Origin: Ramazzottius varieornatus
Lineage: Eukaryota; Animalia; Tardigrada
Assembly: GCA_001949185.1 (NCBI GenBank)
Contig: BDGG01000014.1
Span: 465,378 to 529,377 of the forward strand
Direction of reading: 5' to 3'
Length of the DNA: 64,000 nt
Position 1 is the first letter of the stretch. Each line of letters opens with the position of its first letter. The translations under genes were made by a program, and so were the position numbers. Below, in pieces: positions 1 to 11,220 of this stretch. The notes beneath the pieces were generated by a model. It was given only the letters and a program-made list of their open reading frames with translations. It was not told the origin of the DNA and did no database searches.

Positions 1-248
1 CTGACTGGCTCATTTTGGCAGGGAAGCCACGAAGAGCTGACAGAAGACGTATGTAAATACCCCTGGAACCCAACGGTTTTGTACTGTAGATGAGAAGTAT
101 CACCGCAAAGCAAGCGGAAGAAATTCGGCGGGACATCAACCGGGAAAAGTTCTTGCGGCACCTCTTTCTCGGTCGGACTGTTTAGAGAAACTAAGGGTAA
201 CCTGACGGTTTTGCACAGCACTAAGCCACACGGTGCGAACCACAGGGT

Positions 249-1140
249 TTACTTTATTGCGGTCTTTTGAGCCGAAGATTTCTTGTCAGCACTATTGGCT
301 TTCTTCCCCACAGGTTCATGCAAAATGGACAAGCTAATCAGCAACTGCGCTGAGTAGTACGTCCCCATCACAATTAACTTCTCATGCTCTAGCCCCTCTA
401 CAAACATATGCCAGGCTAGACAACTGTCGGAAATTACAAAACTAACTGCGCCACAAACAGCGATCATCAGCCAAAACAATTTCTTTCCTCTTTCCACCTT
501 CTGGCTTTTTGACTCGTTCTTTTTCGCACTTGTCACTTTCTCCACCCGATAGCGCACTATCGTTCGCCATAACATGCTGCATATCAGCAACTGATATACC
601 AATAATGCCACAGTGAATATCTTATCGTCAAAGACTTTTGGTAGGAGGAAGAGATAGTAGGAGAAGCCGGCTAGGAGGATAGGAAATCCGATGGTCCATT
701 CAGCAGGGCGAGTACCCGAAGCCAAGATGTAGGATACATGGCCGGCGCCGAAAGCTAGCATGCCGGGAAGAAAGTAACCGAGGCTTGACAGTTGAAGGAA
801 GACATCACCGGCAGCGGAGAAAAGTAGCCCGATGAGGATGCAGAGGGACTGACGTGAACGTGAGGGGATGCAGACGCCGCGTTGAAGCACAAAGATGGCC
901 AGGGCGACGATAGGCGCAGCTTTGGTCAGACATGCTTTGAAGGTGACTTCGTCGTGGGGATGTTGGAAGGTGGTGTAGAGGAATGTGGCGAAACAGAACG
1001 GAAGTGTCCATCGCAAATCTTCCGAGCTCTGGAAAAAATGATCGAACGCTAGTTCCCGTAAAGTTGGAGCACGCAAATATAAGAATAGAACCGTCCAAAT
1101 TGAGCGCGAGATTTTGCTGACATACCAGTTTCCCCGTCAT
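249..1140 (-). CDS. TMEM86: Lysoplasmalogenase-like membrane protein (TMEM86/YhhN family)
   Basis: Hydrophobic multi-TM ORF with LKAAP-like, GLLFSAAGDVFL, FLPGMLAFGAGHVSY, GAVSFVISDSCLA and MGTYYSAQ motifs. Micro-exon 1140-1126 (MTGKL) is joined through a GT-AG intron (1125-1029) to exon 1028-249. A possible further exon is described in findings. Confidence 0.88.
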
Positions 1141-1816
1141 TCCTGCAAATATGAAATGTTAACCCGTTGGCAAAAGCGGGATTTAGATCCAACTTGTTAG
1201 GGGAAGAAACAGGAAGTGGGAACACAGCTGATTTCCTGCTTAATGTTGGTGTATACTGTAGTTAACTTACAGTATCAGCTGAGTTGTAGTCTGGACGTGG
1301 GCACTTTACAAGTCGACGATGAACCGCACAGTACAGACAGTGCAACGAAAAGCCCGGCATAATGGGCAGGTACACAGGCTAGGTTGTTTGATGATAGTGG
1401 AAAATCAGATTTAGCTACTGCGTATAGCGTGCCCTGGTTTTCCTGTCATCTGACTTATTGCGTAGAACTTCCGGTATGAAGGGGCGAATTTAGCCATTTG
1501 TACGCATACGAAACTGCAAAACTCCGCACCAGAAAGCCATGTACTCAGACAAGATCTTGTCCACAAGTCCGCTGGCAGTTTTGCCGCTATGGTGCCCGAA
1601 GGGGTAAAAGACCTGTTTAGTCAAGGGAAAGTAGAGAAACTCAACCAATTTCTCCAGACCAACTTGACTGCTTAGTTCAACATGAAAAGTAATATTTGTA
1701 GCCATTACAGCATCATGCGTTTGTAAAAACTGCGGGTGTGTCTTGTGATTAAAAGTTTGATAGCGGGTCCTGACACCACCTCATAACTTTTGCAAATTTT
1801 CCAGCTTTTTTCAAAC

Positions 1817-3213
1817 ATGCAGCTATCATTAAGTATCTTTCGCATCCTCTGTTTTCCTGGCGTCGGATTGTCTCAAGTCTCAATTTTACCAAAGATAGTC
1901 CAGATAGATTCCCCACAAACCCACAGCATCGACCCGATGTCTCTTCCTTTGCCCCTTATTACCAACAGCGCGAAACACAAGAGTCAAGAAATCCGCCAGC
2001 CGCCTGACGCCACGCTGAACGTCCCAAAAGGTTTTACAGTCAACATCTTCGCGAGCGGCGATCCTCCTAATGTTTTCCAAAAGCCTCGCCAGATGATATT
2101 GGCGCCGAATGGGGACATATTCTTGTCCGATACGGACGTCGACGGTAAAGTCTACGTTTTGCGAGATCACGAAATGGATGGAGTCGCTGATGAACGCTTT
2201 ACTTTCGCCTCTGGTTTGATCAAGCCTTACGGCCTCGCTTTCAATAATGGATTTCTATACGTCGCTACTACTCATTCGGTAGTCAGGTTCCCCTATCAGT
2301 TCGGAGATACGCGTGCAAGCGCAGATCCGGAAACGGTTGTGCCTTTGACCGAAGACGGTAAGTGGCTGGGTAGAACCATCCAATTTCAGATAGGACGGAC
2401 AAACAGTACGACTGACCGTCTCGCACTGACAGTCTAAATCTGGTTTTTCCCCCCACAGATGAAGGACATACCACACGTGACATCAAGTTTTCTCTGGATG
2501 GTTCGGAATTTTTCGTCGGCGTTGGGTCTTCTGGTGATGTTCTCGCTGCCGTTGGTTCTACCGGGGATTCGCTCGTCGAAGGCGATCCTCTTCGAGCGGC
2601 CATCAGTGTCTACAACGTCAGCGGCACCGATCGACAGACGTTTGCTTCAGGCATTCGTAATCCAGCCAGTTTAGCTGTCAATCCCGTCAACGGTGAGCTA
2701 TGGACCACCGCCGCTGAGCGTAACGGATTTGGCGAGGACTTAATTCCCGACTATGCTACATCGGTGAAAGAAGGGGGATTTTACGGATATCCTTATTCGT
2801 ACATCGGCAAGAATCCTGATCCGAGGTTCGCGCACGACAGACCCGACCTTGTTGATCAGGGGATCGTCCCAGACGTGCTGTTCATTGCCCACTCAGCACC
2901 GTTGGGCATGACTTTCTACAATGGTACAATGTTCCCCAAGGAGTACCAGGGAGATGCCTTTGTGGCGCTGCACGGATCGTCTGATCGGCAGGAACTGACA
3001 GGGTACAAGGTTGTCCGCATCAAGTTCGACAACGGAAAGTTGGTCAAGAACGAGTACGAAGATTTCTTGACTGGATGGCTCAGTAGTCCGGACGACAATA
3101 AAGTCTGGGGTCGTCCAGTAGCTGTCGCCGTTGCTGGCGATGGGGCGCTATTAATCAGTGATGATGGGGCAAAGAAAATATGGCGGATTAGTTATTGCGG
3201 AGACAAGTGCTAG
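1817..3213 (+). CDS. Secreted PQQ-dependent sugar dehydrogenase (glucose/L-sorbosone dehydrogenase beta-propeller family), copy 1
   Basis: Exons 1817-2357 and 2459-3213 with a phase-1 intron GTAAGT...CCCACAG. Signal-peptide-like N-terminus. Motifs LNVPKGFTV, APNGDIF, GHTTR, GIRNP, GGFYGYPY, HSAPLG, LHGS, GRPV and LISDD. Confidence 0.85.
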
Positions 3214-4036
3214 AGCAACTGTGGCATTACTAGTTCACTCAGAAATGGCTCAGCTAATGTAACAACAACATCAGCAACGAGCATTTGTTCCGAATCTACG
3301 TTCAGTGGACAACAAGATGTACTGCAGCCGAAGTTCGGTCAGCTTCTTTGATATTGTCTCAAATTTTTCTTATCGAGGGTAGAGGTGATGCATGCGTTCC
3401 TGTTTTGTTAGACGTAAAGCACAAGACAAAAACGCTTTCAAAAATGGGTGTCAACAGGAACCAGGCGGACTTAGCGAATCGAATGTGGGCGTTGACTTGA
3501 CACTGGGTTTGATTCCTTGCCCGTACTTAAAACGCTCCGCCCATTTTGAAGCTTATTCCGTTATGCACTTTTACCATGCGGTGTGGGGTTTTGACATTTC
3601 TAAAAAGTAAACACAACAGAGTATGCGTTAAACAACGATCAGGAGGGTGGATCAGCAGTTTTGTCGCAAGTGTTACCGGAAAGGCGATTGTATGTACTGT
3701 ACGGATGCATCAATGCTGTATTACTGTATTTTTAGGAAGTGGAACATCTCTAGGCGGTGGCGTTATTGTCCTGGTAGAAACGAGCGTGAAACAGGTTATA
3801 TGGTTCCGGAAGCATGGTTAGGCTTCAACGCTGTTTGTTTTGTTTTCTTTTCTCGTGAACAGAAGAAGTCTGCACCTTTGGACAATCAGACAGCAGGCTG
3901 ATAGGTGCACTGGAACACCAGTGCACACGTGTTATCTGGTTTGGGGTTTTCCTTTTACCCGCAACTTTCTGCTTGGATAAACCGAGTCGTGTACCCTCTT
4001 TTCGCTTCGTTTTCTGGGGGCAAATCTAGCGTCAAA

Positions 4037-5511
4037 ATGCGACTGTTCTCGATCTTGGTGTGCCTGATTAACATCTGGAACCCCAGTTGGTCCCAACAGC
4101 TACCAAGGATCAATCAAGTGGACAACCCGCAAACTTACAGCATCGACCCCAATTCACTTCCACCACCTTTTGCCACCAGCAGCGCACGGCGCGGCAGCCT
4201 ACAAATCCCACAACCGCATGATGCAACGTTGAATGTCCCTAAAGGCTTCACAGTCAACATCTTCTCCAGCGGAGAATTCCCCAATGACTACCAGAAGCCT
4301 CGACAAATGGCCCTGACACCCAATGGCGACATCTTCCTCACTGATATGGAAGCCGGTGACGTCTTCGTCCTGCGGGATAACAATAATGATGGAGTAGCTG
4401 ATGAACGCTTTACTTTCGCCACTGGTTTGACTGAGCCTTTCGGCTTGACTTTCAGTGACGGGTTTTTATATGTGGCTGACGTCCATTCAGTTGTCCGATA
4501 TCCATACAGATCGGGGCAAACCAAGGCAAGAAGTGCAGCTGAAAAGATTGCAGACCTAACAGATGGTAAGGTGAAATAACTGGGAACTGGGCAGACAACC
4601 ACGACCAGACTTGTTTTTTAGGTGGCGCACGTCCTCAGTGATATTGCTGAAATCTTGCGCCGCTTGAAAAGTCGATCTGCTCGAGTGTTTTTGACGAGCT
4701 TTCAGCTGGCGTTTCAGGAACAACGGCTGCTTGTCAAATGCAAGGCTGTTCTTCGTTGAACACAAGTTTCCATTATGATATTGCAGACAGGGGACACAGC
4801 ACACGGGACATTAAGTTCTCCTTGGACGGTTCCAAGTTTTTTGTAGCAGTGGGTTCTACTGGCAATGTGAACATCGAGCGTGATCCTCTTCGAGCCGCAA
4901 TCACGAGCTTCAACCCCGACGGCAGCAACCGTCAGACCTACGCTACGGGCCTCCGTAACCCAGTCAGTCTGGCCGTCAACCCCGTCAACGGCGTTCTGTG
5001 GACGTGCGTCAACGAGCGTGACGAAACGGGTGACGACTTGGTTCCCGACTATGCCACTTCGGTGCAAGAAGGGGGCTTCTACGGCTGGCCATACTCGTAC
5101 ATCGGCCAAAACCCGGATCCCAGAGTCCCGCAGATTAGACCGGACTTGGTCAGCCGAGCCATTGTTCCCGATGTCCTCTTCACTTCGCATTCAGCTCCGC
5201 TGGGTATTACCTTCTATACTGGTACGCAGTTTCCTAAAGAGTATCATGGGGATGCATTTGTGACGCTGCATGGCTCGTGGAATCGCCATAAAATGACGGG
5301 TTTTAAAGTTGTGCGCATCAAGTTCCAGAATGGGAAGGTGATCAGGAACGAGTACGAGGATTTCTTGACTGGCTGGCTGAGAAGTGCCGATGACAACACA
5401 GTTTGGGGTCGTCCAGTTGGTGTCGTGGTTGCGGCCGATGGGTCCTTGCTGGTCAGTGATGACGGTGCAAAGAAAATATGGCGGATTAGTTATTGCGGAA
5501 ATAATTGCTGA
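4037..5511 (+). CDS. Secreted PQQ-dependent sugar dehydrogenase (glucose/L-sorbosone dehydrogenase family), copy 2
   Basis: Exons 4037-4565 and 4787-5511 with a phase-1 intron at the same codon as copy 1. Signal peptide MRLFSILVCLINIWNPSWS. Canonical motifs GHSTR, GLRNP, VNERD, VPDY, GGFYGWPY, HSAPLG, HGSWNR and WGRPVG. Confidence 0.88.
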
Positions 5512-5965
5512 TACTTTTTTGGTTCTACTGGCAGATACCTTGCGTAATTGCGGCATGATGAACGGTTTACGTTTAATGTTGCGAATGGAATGTTCCATTT
5601 TACAAAACATGGCACGATGGGACTATATTGCTAGAATCGGACAATCATAAGTCATAACTCGTCTAGGCAGTTTCCTTGTCCTTCTATAAATGCAGTATCA
5701 TGGTACTGAAGAGACGGTAACACCAGACACTTCTTTCGGCTTGTTTACTGGTTGTTGAGCCGACAATAAAAGATCAGCGGTGGAAGGAAATATTCTCCGG
5801 CTATAAAACGTATGAATCAAGTCCGCCGACTCTCGAAGACCGAACGACAGAAAATAAAATGAAAGCCGGGTGGGAGTGCTGATTGCAACAGAATAAGCGG
5901 ATGGATTACTGCTCGTCAGTGATGAAGCGCGAGCCAAAACTTTGGCGTTATCAGCTAGTTGCTGC

Positions 5966-6736
5966 TACTAACAAAGGATTTACGCCAGGCTGTCCAATCT
6001 GATCTCAAACAAATACGAAAGATAGAAGAGAGTTTGCTCCATACACTGAGATAGACTGAATCGGCGGTATAAAATCCTGGAAAACACCGCAGGAAGCGGA
6101 AGTGACGTCAAAATTCAGGGCGGATCATCAGTGTGATAGTAAATCAACCGATGTGATTGTTCACTGGTTGATTTCATATTGATCGATCCCGTTGCACTCC
6201 GCATGGTTGATTTTGATATCCATTAACTCTGGAGTAAGAACAGAAGCTGATGGATAATCTCACTGCAATGTTTTGTCGTGTTAACGGCAATGATACTTTG
6301 ACCAGTGTCTTCAGCTGCTTATCAGCCTCGCTTGGTTGATCGTCCAGTTGGAAGAACTGCTTGTAGTCGTCCTCCAGAAGCTTCAGAAGATTCAACGGAT
6401 TGACGGAATCCATAGCGGCCAAGTGTGGAGGTCACTCAGTAACGGAACGAAGAAGGTAAGAGCAAAGAAGGAACAGGTACAACAGAACGGGAAACTGCAA
6501 GTGCAGCGGGATCAATCAATATGAAATCAACCAGTAGGCAACCAAATCGGTTGATTTACTATCACACTGATGATCCGCCCTGAATTTGACGTCGCTTGCG
6601 CTTCCCGCGGTGTTTTCCAGGATTTTATTCCGCCGATTCAGTCTATCTCAGTGCGTGGAGCAAACTCTCCTCTATCTTTCTGTCGTATTTGTTTGAAGAT
6701 GAGAGTAAACAGACTGGCGTAAATCCCTTGTCAGTA
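5966..6736. mobile_element. Foldback/MITE-like element with ~230 bp imperfect inverted arms
   Basis: 5966-6198 is the reverse complement of 6500-6736 (e.g. GGCGGATCATCAGTGTGATAGTAAATCAACCGAT / ATCGGTTGATTTACTATCACACTGATGATCCGCC). No clear target-site duplication (TSD). Confidence 0.8.
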
Positions 6737-8164
6737 ACCATAATAGTATCAGTGGAACTGCTGAGTTGAAATGGGTTTAGTCAAATGGAAAACGGATTTT
6801 TCGCGATAGTTCCGAATATCGCTTTTTCAACGCAGGGTTGTGAAGAAAATTCGGAATCTTCAACGGTACCAAAGTGTCAGGAAATGGCATGATTAGACTT
6901 CAAGTAATTTACCTCCAACCCTCCTAGGAAAGTCGGGAATAAAATTAATTTCTTACAATATCGAACAAACAGTTCCATTCCACTCAAATTGACACGCTTT
7001 TCGAATGATACATGTTCGGGGATGAAAATGCTCCTGAAGCGAGATATCGCACATCACGTGACCAACAACTCCACATTCACCAAATCATTTAAAAACATGC
7101 CACCTAGGACAACTTTTGACGTCGATTTCGATACGTATGCTAGTGGTCTGCCGCGAGATCTCTCGCATCTGAAATAGGGTCTTATGGAGGGTTAGAGGTT
7201 AGATACCCCCGCCTGCTGTGGTAGCTCTTTAGTGTCGCTCCTCGAGCAAGGAAACGCACTGGATGTAAATTTTGAAAGAATTTGCACCTCTGTGGTATTT
7301 TACAATGGTTAGTTCTACCTACCTTGTATGGCATCACAGAATTCACACATGACGTCACTGTAGGCGTCAAGTTTAACCCAGTGCAGACAGCAGTTCCTAC
7401 CCGTCTCTTAGGAGGGGCTTTACGTGATGGATGACGCCATAGGTGAAGTCTATGAAGTAGTGGAATACTGGACCCCAATTTTCTTCCTTCCATAACTATT
7501 TCACTAGTCGTCGGACAGGACTTCTGTCACGTATCTTCAAAAGGCCATTAACTTTCCCATAAACCTACACCATTATCTTCAGTTAGACACCTGAACGCAA
7601 AATCTGAAAATGCGTCTCCTGAACAATTTGGAAAACTTTGAAAATCCGTCTTTTATTTGACAAAACCCAAATAATCTGGCAATAAACATGTGCAGCCAAA
7701 CAAAAATTGTTGTTGGCCGAGTTTCCGCTCAATGTTATGACGATGGAGAGCTTGACTTGAAAACCAAACTTTGTCGGACAGTGCTTGAACAAGCTGTCGA
7801 CTTTTGCAAAATTTTCAGCCCGGTTACCAGGAGCAAAACTTGCGAATTTGGTTCCGTGCATCGGTGTTATTTTAATCATTATAATAGGAAATCGATATTA
7901 ATAATTAAAATCGTTTTAATTCTGCGGGTTGGTGTTCGTTTGATTGATTGACCCATAATAGGAAATCGAATTTTAATTTTGATAATTACAATTCGTCAGC
8001 GATAATTAATTTTACTTGCAGTCAGCTGATCACGTAGACTTAACATTAGCACGTGACTTTTAATAATTTTAGTTGCATAGTAAAATAACACTGGCGTGCA
8101 TTACAAAGCTTTAAGCTCTTCTTCCAGCCCACTGATGACGTAGTGGGGGCAGTCCACCTCGTAC

Positions 8165-8580
8165 TAGAGCACTGGGCCGCAGGTCCAAAAGTACGCTGTA
8201 ACTGTGCTGCGCACATTACCAGGGCGCTGTACGCTGTGCTGTGCTGCACAACTTTCATGCCCAGTGGCTAAGCAGCTGTGCTGCAGATGCACCTTGACCT
8301 GGTGCAACTGCGCGGAACGCCGATGTATTGACGTGGTTTGTAATTCAGTCACGCGAAATCGGTAGTCAACCTGGAGAACGTTGCCCTAAAGTACGGCAAA
8401 GCTGAGACGGCTGACGTTCGAATGCCCAAAAACTGTAATTTTTGTTAGGTTTCGGTATGTGCATCTGTGCGGTAGTCTATGTCTTTCTGCTGTATGCTGT
8501 GCCGCACAAATTTCGTCAGTTCACGCGCTGCAGCTGTGCTGCAGTACAGCACATCGCATGCGGCCAGATTCCGTGCTCTA
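8165..8580. mobile_element. Non-autonomous hAT-type MITE, copy 1
   Basis: Termini TAGAGCAC...GTGCTCTA. 8-bp TSD CCTCGTAC/TCTCGTAC. Near-identical second copy at 20227. Confidence 0.88.
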
Positions 8581-8752
8581 TCTCGTACGTGCAGTCGGCA
8601 ACACGAGAGACAGTCACAACTCAACAATCAAGCTATCGCAACTTTGGGACCCATTTTCGCATTTCCGGCTGTCTCACTCAATGACACTCATCCATAAAAT
8701 CGGTCTGATATCATAGTCTTCCAGTTTACTTTTGTGCATTCCGCAAAGCAAG

Positions 8753-10915
8753 ATGGCTTTCTCCTCCAGAATCCTCAAATTTGCCTCGCTCAGAGTAATC
8801 GTGAGGCAGATTCATAATGCGACTATCAGCCGTCCGGCTGGCTTTCCAGAATCCACCAGGACGATCGACGAAAGTAAGTGCCGTCATAACAATATGGGCC
8901 AGCGGCAGAGTAGATTAATAAGGCGGGGCTAGTTGGGAAATATGGAACGGGAACAAGGAGAAAATTATCTGCAGTCGCCCAATCAAGATTGTCCAAGTCG
9001 AAGGTTTTGCTCGCTGATTGTTCATTTACGAATATTCTTTAATTTCATGTCCCGCTTCATATGGTGTTATCTGTCCACGCCTTACCGATCTACGCTGCCG
9101 CTGGCCCATATTATGGTGAACACCTGTCTACCTGTCTTTATTTTCAGTGCGAGAAAATATGAGAAATCTGGTTGGTACACCCACAACTTTCAAGTAAAGC
9201 GATCCAGCTGCACCTTGGCTGTTTGCGGTCACGAGAAAAGAATATTCAGCGTAAATGCTCTCTGTTGTAGGGAGTCGACAAGAATCCAGCATGCCGTTAC
9301 ACCTCTTGCTGAGAGTCAGGACGAGCTACCTCCTCGCCGTTTGTTCGACAGCTATGATGAAATTATCATTCCACTCAAAGACAATGTTACGAAACGAGAG
9401 GAATACTACAATGCCTTCCACAAAGTCAGATTTGGTCGACTGCTTGAGGATCTCGATATGTTTGCAGGTGCGTGTCTCGTATTCATATATCAGGCAGTGC
9501 GCTCAATGCTGCTAGACCGATGCGCCGTTACATCGCAGCACCAACCTACACACCGTTTCTGTTTTGTAGTGTGGCTCACGTACAAACATACGCTCTCAAC
9601 GGAAGATATGGCGACTGCTCGTTCCCCCATGGGAATCGTTACTGGAATGGTGGACAGGATTGACGTGGAGACTAGGGATATTTCCGTTGAGAAAGATATC
9701 ATGTTACGGGGGTTGGTAACATGGGTTGGGCAGTCATCAGCTGAGACGCTGCTTTTGATGGAGCAACCTAATGATCAAGGAGAATGGGTAAAGTTACTGG
9801 AGGCGAGGTTTGTCCTCGTGGCTCGAGATCCTAAGACTAGCCGGTAAGATGTTCAAGCCTTAGTGACCTAAGCGTGTTTTCGAAACTGGATGCTATTTTG
9901 CAGGAAAGCCTTGCTGAATCCATTGGTACCGTCGGGCAAGGAAGAAGAGCTCCTCAACACCGAAGCTACCGGTATGCTTATCAGATATTTTTTTGCTTTG
10001 GCCAGCTTTATTGAATTTCGTTTCACAGGAAGTTATACCAGGAGGAGGCAATGGATGGAGGAGTCATTATTCAAGATGCCTCCCAATGCTGATGAAACTA
10101 AACTCATCCATGACAAGTTTTTGCAGACGGTCGACCCAAGGTACGGTGGAAAAATCGCGTGGTAAAATATTTTCAGCGCATCTCATAATAAAAATTTTCC
10201 TCTTTTACAGGGAGTCAGTTTTCTCGTACAGAGTGAAGCCGGCCAACTCAGAATGGTTGTCTGACGCGGTACTGAAGAACGTGCATATTTGCCATCCTCA
10301 AAGCCGTAATATATACGGCAAAGTCTTTGGTGGATTTCTGATGCGCAATGCTTTCGAGCTTGCCTGGGTGAACGCTTACATGTACTGGTAAGGTTGATCT
10401 CTTTCTCCGGGTTTTCTTCCACTTATTTGCTGCGTTCGAACTGGGTCTTGTCTTTTTTTACAGTGGATCGCGACCGTTAACCTTGACTGTCGACGATATT
10501 AAATTTCGGCGACCGGTCGAAATCGGTTCCATACTTCTGATGTCGGCCAGGGTAAGTTTAATGTACCGTGGAGGTTAAACCTCTCTTGTTTTCCTAAAAA
10601 TTATGGGTGGAGGAACAAGGAACCGATGGGTTGTAGTTGGTGTATACGGAAGGTCCGCACATGCAAATACGCGTTCACGCCGAAGTGATCGATCCACAAA
10701 CACGAAAGCGAGAAACGACCAACACCTTTTACTTTACCTTCCGTGACGCCACGGGCAAAGCCGTGAAAATCATTATGCCTAAGACGTACTCTGATGCCAT
10801 GATGTACTTGACTGGCAGGAGACACTTTGCCGCCTCGAAACATTACCAAAGGTTGATCGAACTCGCCAAACCTGATGGAGACGGTGCACCAGATAAGGCC
10901 GGTCGAGAATTTTGA
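8753..10915 (+). CDS. ACOT9: Acyl-CoA thioesterase 9, mitochondrial (double hotdog fold), multi-exon
   Basis: Spliced exons give LAESQDELPPRR, VRFGRLLEDLD, IVTGMVDRID, FVLVARD, ICHPQSRNIYGKVFGGFLMR, VDDIKFRRPVEIGS, TTNTFYFTF and MPKTYSDAMMYL. Mitochondrial-targeting-like first exon 8753-8873. Confidence 0.93.
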
Positions 10916-11220
10916 ATGCCTCTAGTCTGGTCGTTGGTTTTGTGATCTCGTACTTGTGTTCGTTTCTTCCGGTTCGAGTCTGCAGCGTGCAGCGTTCCTT
11001 TGTAGTTTTGTGATGCTAGAATAGGTGAAAGTTTTACAGGGTCTCATTCCCAAGTCTTAACCTCATGAAAACAATTTACGCTGAATTTTTGTTTACGGGC
11101 CCGATGGAAATCGTCCCTCAAACGAGGGATATAAACATCTTGTTCGATAACAGTACCATAGCCATTAATTTCAGCCTCTTCAGTCTACAGTTAGATCGTG
11201 TGTCTTGAGGGAATACGGTG

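Noticed and set aside
1790-5511. Bacterial contamination or chimeric assembly as the source of the dehydrogenases
   Set aside because: Both copies have spliceosomal introns at the same position, lack operon context, and are flanked without a gap by animal genes. Long-read confirmation is still desirable.
6780-8160. ORFs and AT-rich repeats between the foldback and the hAT MITE
   Set aside because: No recognisable motifs, TIR pairs or consistent splice structure.
8164-8352. Identical 62-aa ORF at 8164 and 20226 as a duplicated small gene
   Set aside because: It lies wholly inside the hAT MITE copies, so the identity reflects the repeat.
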